Below, in pieces: positions 1-9,406 of a DNA stretch of 64,000 bases. The DNA is from Flavobacteriales bacterium. Its GTDB lineage: Bacteria; Bacteroidota; Bacteroidia; Flavobacteriales; UBA7430. The translations under genes and the position numbers were made by a program. A model generated the notes under the pieces. The model was given only the letters and a program-made list of their open reading frames with translations, did no database searches and was not told where the DNA came from. Numbering within the stretch: the stretch's first letter is position 1; every line of letters starts with the position of its first letter. The stretch covers positions 8,608-72,607 of the forward strand of contig CBFIGX010000003.1 of the NCBI GenBank assembly GCA_965662265.1, read 5' to 3'.

Positions 1-1473
1 GAGGCAGAGCAAAATGAAAAAGAAAAAAGTACTTTCAAAAAAACATGGCAATTTGAGGCCGAAAATGTACGCGACTTTGGCTGGGCGAGTTCTAGAAAAT
101 TCATTTGGGATGCTATGGCCGTTGATATTTCCGGTAAAACAGTAATGGCATATAGCTACTACCCTAAAGAAGGAAACCCTCTTTGGGAGCAATATTCTAC
201 TAGAGCAGTTGCTCAAACCCTTAAAACGTATTCTAAATACACCATCGATTATATTTACCCACAAGCAACTTCCATTCACGCTAAATCTATTGGAATGGAA
301 TATCCAATGATCTGCTTTAATTTTGGTAGGCCAGAAAAAGATGGCACCTACTCCAAAAGAACAAAATACGGTATGATTGGCGTAATTATCCATGAAGTTG
401 GACACAACTTTTTCCCGATGATTATCAATTCTGATGAACGTCAATGGACTTGGATGGACGAAGGACTGAATACTTTTGTACAGTACCTCACCGAGCAAGA
501 ATTTGAACGAAATTACCCATCACGAAGAGGTCCAGCCCAAAATATTGTAGACTATATGAAAGGCGATAAAAGTGGTATAGTTCCTATTATGACCAATTCA
601 GAATCTGTTTTGCAATTTGGAAATAACGCATATGGCAAGCCAGCAACAGCATTAAACATCTTAAGAGAAACCATAATGGGTAGAGAGCTCTTCGATTATG
701 CCTTTAAAACCTACAGCGAAAGATGGGCATTTAAGCACCCTACACCTGCTGATTTCTTTAGAACCATGGAAGATGCTAGCGCTGTAGATCTTGATTGGTT
801 TTGGCGTGGCTGGTTTTATACTAACGATCATGTAGACATTGCTTTAGACCACGTAAAATGGTTTAAAATAAATACAGGAAACCCAGAAATAGAAAATCCG
901 ATTGCCAAGTTCAACCAAGAAAAAAACAATACGTATATTACAGATATAAAGAATCAAACCTCTATTCCAGAAACAATAGACGAGACTGACGAGGCTTCTA
1001 TAGATTTTTACACTACCTACGATCCGTTCCAGACGACTATTCTTGACAAAGAAGAATTTGCCAACTACATAGCAAGTTTAGATGAGAGAGAGGTAGAACT
1101 ATTACAATCCAACAACAATTACTACGAGCTCCAATTTTCAAACCTAGGTGGACTAGTGATGCCTATACTATTGGAGTTTGAATTTATTGATGGTGCAAAA
1201 GAAATTATTAGAATACCTGCTGAAATTTGGAAAAGAAATAACGAACAAGTAAGTAAAGTCTTTGTTTTTGAGAATGAAGTTAGCCGTATCACCCTAGATC
1301 CATTCTTAGAAACGGCGGATGTAGATCGTAACAATAACTATTGGCCTGCGAGAAAAGAACCTACAAGGTTCCAACTCTATAAAGACAATAGAAGACAGCG
1401 CGAAAACCCAATGCAAAGAGCCATAAGAGCAAATGAAAAAAGTCGTGAACAAAAAGCCAATCAAAACGACTAA
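1..1473 (+). CDS. M1-family zinc metallopeptidase (aminopeptidase N-like); 5' end lies outside the window
   Basis: The frame of the listed ORF is open from base 1, with no stop before the ATG at 115. HEVGHNFF...WMDEGLNTF is the HExxH-x18-E gluzincin signature. Confidence 0.85.
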   Translation, partial: EAEQNEKEKSTFKKTWQFEAENVRDFGWASSRKFIWDAMAVDISGKTVMAYSYYPKEGNPLWEQYSTRAVAQTLKTYSKYTIDYIYPQATSIHAKSIGMEYPMICFNFGRPEKDGTYSKRTKYGMIGVIIHEVGHNFFPMIINSDERQWTWMDEGLNTFVQYLTEQEFERNYPSRRGPAQNIVDYMKGDKSGIVPIMTNSESVLQFGNNAYGKPATALNILRETIMGRELFDYAFKTYSERWAFKHPTPADFFRTMEDASAVDLDWFWRGWFYTNDHVDIALDHVKWFKINTGNPEIENPIAKFNQEKNNTYITDIKNQTSIPETIDETDEASIDFYTTYDPFQTTILDKEEFANYIASLDEREVELLQSNNNYYELQFSNLGGLVMPILLEFEFIDGAKEIIRIPAEIWKRNNEQVSKVFVFENEVSRITLDPFLETADVDRNNNYWPARKEPTRFQLYKDNRRQRENPMQRAIRANEKSREQKANQND

Positions 1474-1476
1474 GTT

Positions 1477-1980
1477 ATGTCGCAGGTACTGGTAATTTTA
1501 TTCTCTCTTTTTGTCTCGACTCATGAATATCATGTTACACACAGCACAATTTATTATAACGCTCACAAAGAGAGCGTTGAAATTACAATAAATGTAGCTC
1601 TAGAAGATCTTGAACTAGCATTGGAAGATCAGACGGATAAAAAAATTAATATAGGTACAGTTGCTGAAACCCCAAATGTAGATTCACTCATAGAAAATTA
1701 TTTTCGTCAACGATTTATTCTTTCCCCGAACAATCGCTTTACACCATATGAATGGGTTGGTAAAGAAGTAAGTGCTGACCTACACAACCTATATGTGTAC
1801 CTTGAAATACCTAATTGCAACCAAGGCGGAATGATAGAGTCTTTGTATGTCGAAAATACCATTTTTACAGATCTTCTTCCAGATCAGGCAAATATTGTAT
1901 TAATTGAACATGGGTCACATTCGCATAATCTTACATTTTCAATTGCTCAAAAGAGCCAGACTGTAATTCTTAACCCATAG
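1477..1980 (+). CDS. Hypothetical protein, possibly DUF6702-like partner of the M1 peptidase
   Basis: Starts 3 nt after the peptidase stop. The N-terminus is hydrophobic and followed by HEYHVTHSTIYYN, resembling my recollection of DUF6702 proteins. Not verified. Confidence 0.5.
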   Translation: MSQVLVILFSLFVSTHEYHVTHSTIYYNAHKESVEITINVALEDLELALEDQTDKKINIGTVAETPNVDSLIENYFRQRFILSPNNRFTPYEWVGKEVSADLHNLYVYLEIPNCNQGGMIESLYVENTIFTDLLPDQANIVLIEHGSHSHNLTFSIAQKSQTVILNP

Positions 1981-2226
1981 CTGGTTTACTTTTCATTAAA
2001 ACCCGCTTTGATCTTTTTTCCATTCGAATTTAAGCTGAGCTTGACAAAACGGCTTTTAGATTTCAACATATGACGTAACTAAGTTGCGTTTGATATATAT
2101 TGTAGCAATTGTTTTATACGGCTTACGTATTTATAACCCTCATTCTTGTATGTGTAACAATAAAAAATGCTGTACAAACTCCATAAAATAATACTTTAAG
2201 CAATCAATAGATTAAAAGCAAGCTCA

Positions 2227-2249
2227 TGTACCAACTAAATATTGGTACA
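2227..2249. promoter_or_regulatory. Perfect inverted repeat TGTACCAA-N7-TTGGTACA (candidate operator)
   Basis: Read directly from the sequence. It lies about 37 bp upstream of the predicted -7 box and about 72 bp upstream of the ATG at 2321. Confidence 0.35.
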
Positions 2250-2285
2250 AGTGCATCAAATGATGTGTTATTGGGTTTAACTTAC

Positions 2286-2293
2286 TATATTTG
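2286..2293 (+). promoter_or_regulatory. Bacteroidota-type -7 promoter box TATATTTG (TAnnTTTG)
   Basis: Exact match to TAnnTTTG, 28 nt upstream of the ATG at 2321. It overlaps the TTG at 2291, which argues against that start. Confidence 0.4.
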
Positions 2294-2320
2294 ATAGAAG
2301 TATCAACCAGCAAACAATAC

Positions 2321-3841
2321 ATGAATTCAATCCTATTAAATATCACGAGATCTATTTTCATATTTGTCTTTTTTAGCGCAACTATAAACCTACATGCTCA
2401 AGTGACTGTTGGAAATACCATCTTAACAGAGCGAGAAGTAATTGGTAACCTTAACATACCTTGGGAAATTAAGTGGGGTTATGATGACTTTATATGGATG
2501 ACAGAGCGGCCAGGAATAATAAGTAGGGTGAATGTAGAGACTGGCGACAAAAATGTTATTTTAGACATACAAAGCACCGTATACTCAGGAAATAATGAAG
2601 CTGGTTTACTTGGGATGGAATTTCATCCAGACTTTGCTGAAACACATCTACTATTTATCACTTACACTTATGTGCTTAACAACCAAATAAAAGAACGATT
2701 ATCCGCATATACTTACAATACCGATTTAGGTGTGTTAGAGAATGAGCAGATTTTATTAGATAATATTAATGGTTATACCACACATATCGGAAGTAGAATA
2801 TTAGCATTAGACGATTATACCATTTTGATTTCTACTGGTGATGCCCAAGACCAACCAGCCTCACAAAATGTTGATGAGCTGACAGGTAAAATACTAAGAA
2901 TGGATATTTCTGAAGCTAATTTTGGAGGTGTCCCAGCCAATAATCCTATTCCAGATTCATACGTTTGGTCTTGGGGACACCGAAACGCACAAGGGCTAGA
3001 ATTGGCGCCTAATGCAATTATTTATAGCTCTGAGCATGGCCCTACAAATGATGACGAACTCAATATTTTAATACCAGGTAGAAATTATGGTTGGCCTAAT
3101 GTTCAAGGTTTTTGTGATGAGCCCACAGAAACTAACTTTTGTGAGGAATACAACGTAGTAGAGCCTATAGTAAACTGGACGCCTACCATTGCACCTTCAG
3201 ATATTATTTGGTATGACCATCCGGCCATCCCTGAGTTTCAGAACACCCTATTAATGACAGTGTTAAAAAATAAAATGTTGGTTCGTTTTGAATTTTCCCA
3301 AGACGGATTAGAAGTAGTTAACCAAACGGAGTTTTTCAATTATGAGTGGGGCAGATTAAGAGATATTTGTGTTAGCGACGATGGTAAAATATACTTGGCT
3401 ACCAATGGTAATACATGGCCAAGTCAGCCACCAAACGAAATTATTGAACTCTCTAATGCCGACTATTATGATGGCGTAATATATGGCTGTACAGACCCTC
3501 TTGCCAGTAACTACAATTATTTGGCAACCGCAGATGATGACAGTTGTGAGTACCTAAATGTAGATTGTTCTAATTTAGAGCTTATAAATATTCCCTTACT
3601 TCTTCCTCAGGGTTGGTCGTTATTTGGTTTTACTTGTTTGGAATCTCAAAATGTGATTTCTGCTTTTGAACCTATTGTAGATCATGTTGTTATTGTTAAA
3701 GATTCTTATGGAAGCGCTTATTTGCCAGATTGGAATTTTAATGGAATAGGAACTTTAGACTATTCGGTTGGCTATCAAATAAAACTAAGTCAGGAGGTTA
3801 CGAATTTTCAATTTTGCCCTACCATAGTTATTACAGAATAA
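2321..3841 (+). CDS. PQQ-dependent sugar dehydrogenase (soluble glucose/sorbosone dehydrogenase family) with an extra C-terminal module
   Basis: Signal peptide MNSILLNITRSIFIFVFFSATINLHAQ. Family-typical motifs GLLGMEFHPDF, WSWGHRNAQGL and EHGPTNDDELNILIPGRNYGWPNV. I chose the ATG at 2321 over the TTG at 2291. Confidence 0.8.
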   Translation: MNSILLNITRSIFIFVFFSATINLHAQVTVGNTILTEREVIGNLNIPWEIKWGYDDFIWMTERPGIISRVNVETGDKNVILDIQSTVYSGNNEAGLLGMEFHPDFAETHLLFITYTYVLNNQIKERLSAYTYNTDLGVLENEQILLDNINGYTTHIGSRILALDDYTILISTGDAQDQPASQNVDELTGKILRMDISEANFGGVPANNPIPDSYVWSWGHRNAQGLELAPNAIIYSSEHGPTNDDELNILIPGRNYGWPNVQGFCDEPTETNFCEEYNVVEPIVNWTPTIAPSDIIWYDHPAIPEFQNTLLMTVLKNKMLVRFEFSQDGLEVVNQTEFFNYEWGRLRDICVSDDGKIYLATNGNTWPSQPPNEIIELSNADYYDGVIYGCTDPLASNYNYLATADDDSCEYLNVDCSNLELINIPLLLPQGWSLFGFTCLESQNVISAFEPIVDHVVIVKDSYGSAYLPDWNFNGIGTLDYSVGYQIKLSQEVTNFQFCPTIVITE

Positions 3842-4084
3842 TACACCATTAGTTTTAAAATGGAAAGTTATTAACAAGCAAAGGAGCCAGTTAGTTTAAA
3901 CATCTTAGTTGAATATTGTGATACTAATTTAGACAACACCACATGATACTATTGTTTACTACTTGACACTAACCTGTTTAGTTTAACGGAAGAGAAATTA
4001 TTTTCTCATAATTCCCTAAGCTATGACAAGAATTCTAATATTCACTTGCTGCAGATACTAAACTTATATCGTTAAACTTTTACC

Positions 4085-4092
4085 TATTTTTG
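4085..4092 (+). promoter_or_regulatory. -7 promoter box TATTTTTG directly upstream of msrB
   Basis: TAnnTTTG match ending 4 nt before the ATG at 4097. This implies a leaderless or near-leaderless mRNA. Confidence 0.4.
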
Positions 4093-4096
4093 TATA

Positions 4097-4558
4097 ATGA
4101 AACATTTATTATACCTGTGTCTATTTACTTTATCCACAATAGTTTTGGCACAAGAGAAACCTAAATCAAATGATACAGTGAAAAAAGATAGAGATTGGAA
4201 AGAAATTCTAAGCCCAGAGAGCTATCATGTCCTCAGAGAAAAAGGAACAGAGCCTCCCTTTTCAGGAGTGTATAATTTACACTTTGAAGATGGTGTTTAT
4301 GTTTGTAAAGGTTGTAAAGCAAAGCTTTTTAAATCAAGTTCTAAATTTAAGTCAAATTGTGGTTGGCCATCATTTGACGCCTTTATAGATGGTGCTGTAC
4401 ACACTCATAAAGATCTTTCACATGGTATGATCCGAATAGAAATAGTATGCGCCAATTGTGACGGACATCTTGGGCATGTTTTTGATGATGGGCCTACACA
4501 AACTGGCTTAAGGTATTGTGTAAACTCAGTATCATTAGATTTTAAAGAAGAGAAATAA
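4097..4558 (+). CDS. msrB: Peptide-methionine (R)-S-oxide reductase MsrB with an N-terminal signal peptide
   Basis: Two CxxC zinc pairs (CKGCKAKLF and [12 protein letters not shown]), GWPSF, and the catalytic RYCVNS. The N-terminus [19 protein letters not shown] looks like a Sec signal. Confidence 0.9.
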   Translation: MKHLLYLCLFTLSTIVLAQEKPKSNDTVKKDRDWKEILSPESYHVLREKGTEPPFSGVYNLHFEDGVYVCKGCKAKLFKSSSKFKSNCGWPSFDAFIDGAVHTHKDLSHGMIRIEIVCANCDGHLGHVFDDGPTQTGLRYCVNSVSLDFKEEK

Positions 4559-4616
4559 CACAATAATGAGTCTTTCAAAGACTCATTTCCATAATTATAT
4601 TCTAATCTACTGGCGC

Positions 4617-5498
4617 ATGCCTTTCATACTCAAGAATAAAAATTTCGAAATTTATATAGATAAACCTGAAGAACAGTATAATTTTTCTCGTTTCGACTGG
4701 ACTGGAAAGATTACTAACCTAACATATAAAGGAATTTCGCTAGGATCAAAAGAACATAATCATCACTTTTTAAACGAATGTCACGGTCAAGGGTTATACA
4801 ATGAATTTGACATAGACATGCCTATTGGATTCCAAGAAACTAAAATTGGCAATTGGTTTCACAAAATTGGAATAGGTCTTCTTAAAAAAGAACAAAATCA
4901 CTATCATTTTAATCACAAATATCTTGTAAAGCCTGCAACTTTTTACAGTCAGGTAAAGAATAATACTGTAGAGCTTCATTGTATATCTGATGAGATAAAT
5001 GGATATGCCTATGAATTGCGAAAACACATTATATTAAATGATACATCTTTTTCCATTCATTACGACCTTCAAAATACAGGTAGAAGGTCTATAATAACTC
5101 GAGAGTATACTCATAATTTTTTGGCTATTAATTATCAAAATATAGATGATAATTATCGAGTTAAGTTTCCTTTTAATGTCCGTAAAGAGTCACTAGATGA
5201 CGATTTGAACCCTGAACAAACGCTAATTTTTAAGGACAACGAAATCTGCTTTAATTCCCGCCCTGAAAATGATTTTTTTATGCGTAATTTAGCTATGAAT
5301 AAACTATCTAAGAGCAGTTGGGAATTAAAACATCTTAAAGAAAAAATTAGTATTAGTGAGCGTGTTAACAAACCAACATGTTCAATAAATATTTGGGGAA
5401 GGCAACATGTTATTAGCCCCGAGATGTATATAGAACTGAATGTTAAACCAGGCAAGTCGGGTACTTGGACTCGAACATATCAAGTACGTTTATTATAA
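4617..5498 (+). CDS. Hypothetical protein
   Basis: Long ORF with no family motif I recognise. I prefer the ATG at 4617 (MPFILKNKNFEIY) to the start at 4566. Confidence 0.5.
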   Translation: MPFILKNKNFEIYIDKPEEQYNFSRFDWTGKITNLTYKGISLGSKEHNHHFLNECHGQGLYNEFDIDMPIGFQETKIGNWFHKIGIGLLKKEQNHYHFNHKYLVKPATFYSQVKNNTVELHCISDEINGYAYELRKHIILNDTSFSIHYDLQNTGRRSIITREYTHNFLAINYQNIDDNYRVKFPFNVRKESLDDDLNPEQTLIFKDNEICFNSRPENDFFMRNLAMNKLSKSSWELKHLKEKISISERVNKPTCSINIWGRQHVISPEMYIELNVKPGKSGTWTRTYQVRLL

Positions 5499-5515
5499 CT
5501 AAGCCCATTAATAAA

Positions 5516-6220
5516 ATGAATTTAGCAGGAAAAAAAATAATAGTCACTGGCGGTAGTCTAGGAATAGGGAAGCAAACCGCAAAAGCACTTGTTTTAAAAG
5601 GGGCTGAAGTTGTTATAACAGGTCGCTCGGAAGAACGATTGCGTATTGCTGCAGACTACTGTAAGGCTAAGTGGGTGGTATTTGACATAGCAGATTTAGA
5701 TAATATATCTAGTAATTCAAAAAAATGTATTGAATTGCTGGGTGGGCAGGTAGACGTAATCATTAATAATGCGGGAATAGGAACTTTTAAGCCAATAGAA
5801 GAAGTTAGCTTATCAGATTTTCAAAGGCAGTTTAATACCAATGTATTTGGTTTAGCACTTTTTACAAAGGAGATAGTCCCAATAATGAAAGCTCAAAACA
5901 AAGGAAACATTATTAATATTGGCTCTACAGCAAGTTTAAAAGGCTTTAAAAATGGAAGCGTATATGCAGCATCTAAGTTTGCGGTTCGAGCATTGAGCCA
6001 ATGTTGGCAAGCGGAGTTAAGACCTTATAACATAAGAGTATATCAACTCAATCCAAGTGAAGTTACGACCGCTTTTTATAATACGAATAGTATTGAACCT
6101 GAAGAGCTTGACAATAAATTATCACCTCATGAAATAGCGCATTCTATTGTGTCTATTTTAGAAATGAATGATAAAGGGTTTGTAAATGAATTGTCTGTAT
6201 GGGCCACAAACCCATTTTAA
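5516..6220 (+). CDS. SDR-family oxidoreductase (short-chain dehydrogenase/reductase)
   Basis: TGGSLGIGKQTA Rossmann motif, NNAG, and the catalytic YAASK. The ATG at 5516 avoids overlap with the upstream gene, whereas the listed start at 5465 is a TTG. Confidence 0.85.
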   Translation: MNLAGKKIIVTGGSLGIGKQTAKALVLKGAEVVITGRSEERLRIAADYCKAKWVVFDIADLDNISSNSKKCIELLGGQVDVIINNAGIGTFKPIEEVSLSDFQRQFNTNVFGLALFTKEIVPIMKAQNKGNIINIGSTASLKGFKNGSVYAASKFAVRALSQCWQAELRPYNIRVYQLNPSEVTTAFYNTNSIEPEELDNKLSPHEIAHSIVSILEMNDKGFVNELSVWATNPF

Positions 6221-6271
6221 TACAAGATTAAAAATTAGTTATTTTTCATAGTTTTATTCAAAGCCCATTTA

Positions 6272-6667
6272 ATGGATCGTTCACAACTATTATTAGATTT
6301 ACGGAAGCAGGCTCCAGTATCTACAGCCTCCAAAAATTCATTAGAACAAGAGCAATTTCAAAACACCATTCTTAGGCCCATTCTTAAATTCCAAAATAAT
6401 TTAATTTTGGTTCTTTTTATACATTACGCCAAACGTCATAAATCATTGTTTTTTGAACTCTCACTTATTGAAAAGAAGAACTATATTCAACAATCAATAC
6501 AAAGAGATCAAAAATTAAAAACATTGTATATTGGCACTGTTATAGCGCTTTTTAGTAAAGAAGAATATAAATTCTATACCTTAAATGAGTCTTTATATAA
6601 CAAGCGAATTATTTCAATGGTAATTGTTCGTTTAAAGGATCAGATAATGCATCTAAACGACTCATAA
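6272..6667 (+). CDS. Hypothetical protein
   Basis: 131-aa ORF with normal composition and no recognisable motif. Confidence 0.45.
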   Translation: MDRSQLLLDLRKQAPVSTASKNSLEQEQFQNTILRPILKFQNNLILVLFIHYAKRHKSLFFELSLIEKKNYIQQSIQRDQKLKTLYIGTVIALFSKEEYKFYTLNESLYNKRIISMVIVRLKDQIMHLNDS

Positions 6668-7002
6668 AAGACTACCAAAGGTATAGTTCATATTTTAATG
6701 TATATTTATACACATACACTATACCTCCCTAATTATGAAACCTTAAGTTTTTGTCACTTTATTTGCTTACTTTTTAGTTGTCAGACTCGTGTACAATTAC
6801 AAAATGGCAGTATTTTTCAGACGTCGATTCTTACTGATAAAAAAACTCAGTATATAGTATTATTGAAAAAAGAATATTTTCTCTGAAAAAGGAATGCCCC
6901 GAAATTAGGAGTTTCTTAAGTTGGTATTCATTTTTCAAATGAGATATTAAGAATTTAAGTATTGATATTTTGATGATAGGTTCATAGTTAATTTCAATCG
7001 GT

Positions 7003-7038
7003 CACAAAAAAACCGCCCAATTGAGGCGGTTTTTTGTG
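7003..7038. terminator. Bidirectional rho-independent terminator
   Basis: CACAAAAAAACCGCC-caattga-GGCGGTTTTTTGTG: a GC stem flanked by an A-run and a T-run, 15 nt downstream of the minus-strand stop at 7053. Confidence 0.75.
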
Positions 7039-7052
7039 CTTATTAAATAGGC

Positions 7053-9236
7053 TTATTCTGAAACTACTATCTTTTCAATTATTCGGTGGTTGTCTACTTC
7101 AATACTTAAAGTATATACCCCAGATTTAATATTACCGTGAAGTTCTGATAAATGGAGTTTGTTAGTTCCTGTTGTCAGTGGCAAAGTTTTGTCAAAAATC
7201 ATAGAACCAATCATATTTTGAAGTGACAACTTAACGTCAGAATCTTCATTAAGATATAAATCGATTGTTGCGTCTCCTTTTGAAGGATTTGGATAGATAT
7301 CAATACCCACTTGTTGTGATTCGTCTATATTTAAATCAGTTATCTTACAGATTACAAAGTTATCTATATACAACCAATTACCATTAGACCCAGAAAATTC
7401 AAATTTAATTCTAACATTTTCATTACCTCTGTATGAATTTAGATTTACATTTTCCTCAGACCATTCATCATTTTCTGGAACAAAATCAAATAAACTTGTA
7501 GATGTGCCAATAGTAGATAATTCGTCAGAATCTAAATCAGCTCTTTTAGACCAAATTCTTCCGCAGTCATTAGAAATATAAATTGAAAGATTATCATTTG
7601 TAGCCAGTGTCTTTTTAGCGTATGCAATGTCAAAGTAGGCACGTATAGACTGACCGTTTGATATATTACTAAGATCAATACTAGGCGACGTTAATGTGTG
7701 AATCTCATCATTACTGTCAAAATCAGTTGTTCTAATTCGTATAGAAGCTGAATTAGTACCATTTACAGTTATAGGACTAACATCAGGGCTTGAAGCCGCA
7801 GTGGTTCTTTGCCAACTAATTGAATTCGTAGGTGCATCTATGGTCCAGTCAAGCTCATCATTAGTATTGATAGGGAATGAACTCGATTCAAACGTTTCAA
7901 AGTATGGAGTTATTGCACCGGACACAAAATCAGTAGTCATAATATGATTTGAGATGGTCGATGAAGAGGTTCCATCTGGACTTGTTACAGTAAGTGAAAC
8001 ATCCCATTCTCCTTCTTCGTCGAAAGAGACAATAGGGTTTTGTTCTGTAGACGTCGATGGTGAGCCATTCTCAAATTCCCACTGGTATGTAAGTTCTAAA
8101 TCGGTATTATAAGAAAGGTCATTAAAGCTAAATTCTGAACCACTACATCCTATAGTTTCATTAGTTGCAAAATGTGCTATAGGTTGGCAATTTAGGTCTT
8201 CATAGCCTTCATTTGTTCCAGTTTCTTCAAGATTTGCCTGGCTAACAAGAACAGACCTATATGTGTTTATTGCATTATGCATACGCTCAATTTGTCCAAT
8301 GGTAAACATGTTCATGCATTGATCGTCAGAATAGTCCATGTAATTCATAAACATTTCTCCATTTCCTTGAGGAATAGTTTGCCCTGGAGATGCAGAGCAA
8401 GTCTGTACATGATAAGGGAACGCTCCTCCGTTGGCATCACCATTCATATCACACACCCCATAGTTAGGCTCTTGTGATGTAGGTGTATCGTCAACATTGT
8501 CATCACCACAATCTTGATCTCCCCATATGTGAATTAGATTTAGCCAATGACCCACTTCATGGGTTAGCGTTCTTCCGACAGCACCATTGGCAGATTCTAT
8601 AGACCCACAATAATCATGTCTTAAAACTATTCCATCAGTATCTGTATCTTCCCATAATTGGTCAGGAAATTGAGCAAAACCCAACACCATTCCACCATCT
8701 ACAGAGAAGTTCTCTATTGATTTTACAACCCAAACATTTAAGTATTTATAAGGGTTCCACTGAACAAGTTCTTTAACGTTATTTCTGGCTTCATTGGTAA
8801 GGCTAGAATAGGTTCTGGTAACACCTTGGGTGCAATTTCCATCAGGATCTATTTTTGCCAGTCGAAACTCGATATTTGCAACACCTGCATAGGCAGCGAA
8901 TACAGAAGGAGTATTAGCAGTATCCGGATTTAGTCGTGCAAAATCTTCGTTGATTACTCTGATTTGATCTTCAATTTGAGCCAAAGAAACATTTTCTTCT
9001 CCACCTTCATGTATAACGTGAAACACTACTGGAATTACAAAGCTGTTATTCACATTAGTTTTACTCTCTTTTACATGCTTATTAAATGCTTCGAATCTTG
9101 CTTTAAGCCTTACTGCATCTTCTGGTCTGTCGGCATACATTTCATTTCTTTGTTCAACAGATCCGCACCAATTTTGGGCAGAGCTAGTATGTACTGTAGC
9201 CATAAGGCCAACAAATAATGCGATAATTTTCTTCAT
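7053..9236 (-). CDS. M43-family (cytophagalysin/pappalysin-like) zinc metalloprotease with a PKD-like domain and T9SS C-terminal sorting domain
   Basis: Signal peptide. HEVGHWLNLIH (HExxHxxxxxH). PKD-like YQWEFENGSPSTSTEQNP...VSLTVTSPDG. C-terminus IYPNPSKGDATIDLYL...GVYTLSIEV is typical of a T9SS CTD. Confidence 0.8.
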   Translation of the reverse strand: MKKIIALFVGLMATVHTSSAQNWCGSVEQRNEMYADRPEDAVRLKARFEAFNKHVKESKTNVNNSFVIPVVFHVIHEGGEENVSLAQIEDQIRVINEDFARLNPDTANTPSVFAAYAGVANIEFRLAKIDPDGNCTQGVTRTYSSLTNEARNNVKELVQWNPYKYLNVWVVKSIENFSVDGGMVLGFAQFPDQLWEDTDTDGIVLRHDYCGSIESANGAVGRTLTHEVGHWLNLIHIWGDQDCGDDNVDDTPTSQEPNYGVCDMNGDANGGAFPYHVQTCSASPGQTIPQGNGEMFMNYMDYSDDQCMNMFTIGQIERMHNAINTYRSVLVSQANLEETGTNEGYEDLNCQPIAHFATNETIGCSGSEFSFNDLSYNTDLELTYQWEFENGSPSTSTEQNPIVSFDEEGEWDVSLTVTSPDGTSSSTISNHIMTTDFVSGAITPYFETFESSSFPINTNDELDWTIDAPTNSISWQRTTAASSPDVSPITVNGTNSASIRIRTTDFDSNDEIHTLTSPSIDLSNISNGQSIRAYFDIAYAKKTLATNDNLSIYISNDCGRIWSKRADLDSDELSTIGTSTSLFDFVPENDEWSEENVNLNSYRGNENVRIKFEFSGSNGNWLYIDNFVICKITDLNIDESQQVGIDIYPNPSKGDATIDLYLNEDSDVKLSLQNMIGSMIFDKTLPLTTGTNKLHLSELHGNIKSGVYTLSIEVDNHRIIEKIVVSE

Positions 9237-9406
9237 AATTTTGCGTGATAAAGTGATAAATTCTGTATTAAATTAACTTAGAACTTTCAAGGACTAAATA
9301 GTGTGTCAAATATACATATATAATATAAATTAACTGTGTCTATAATCTCATAGTTATTATGTCGGCACAACCACAAGTTCATTCAATTTGATTACTTTTA
9401 CAGTCG

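Noticed and set aside
2082-2098. Near-palindrome ACGTAACT-A-AGTTGCGT in the 1981-2290 spacer
   Set aside because: It is imperfect (one mismatch), its 1-nt centre precludes an RNA hairpin, and it lies about 200 bp from the nearest promoter. The evidence is too weak to call a site.
6698-6886. 62-aa ORF in the 6668-7052 gap
   Set aside because: Low-complexity sequence, no promoter box or homology cue, and an odd composition (MYIYTHTLYLPNY...). Treated as non-coding, though the gap itself is listed as a low-interest finding.
8277-9218. Antisense ORFs inside the M43 protease gene (8277..8477 and 8964..9218). The same kind of nested or antisense ORFs occur throughout the track, for example 1122..1334, 9569..9880, 10714..11043, 11955..12615, 14417..14659, 21742..22020, 30724..31098, 43327..43844, 47960..48289, 55087..55386 and 60231..60473.
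   Set aside because: Each lies wholly within a longer ORF that has clear family motifs on the other strand or in another frame. Their translations are low-complexity or hydrophobic with no motifs. This is the shadow-ORF behaviour expected in an AT-rich genome.
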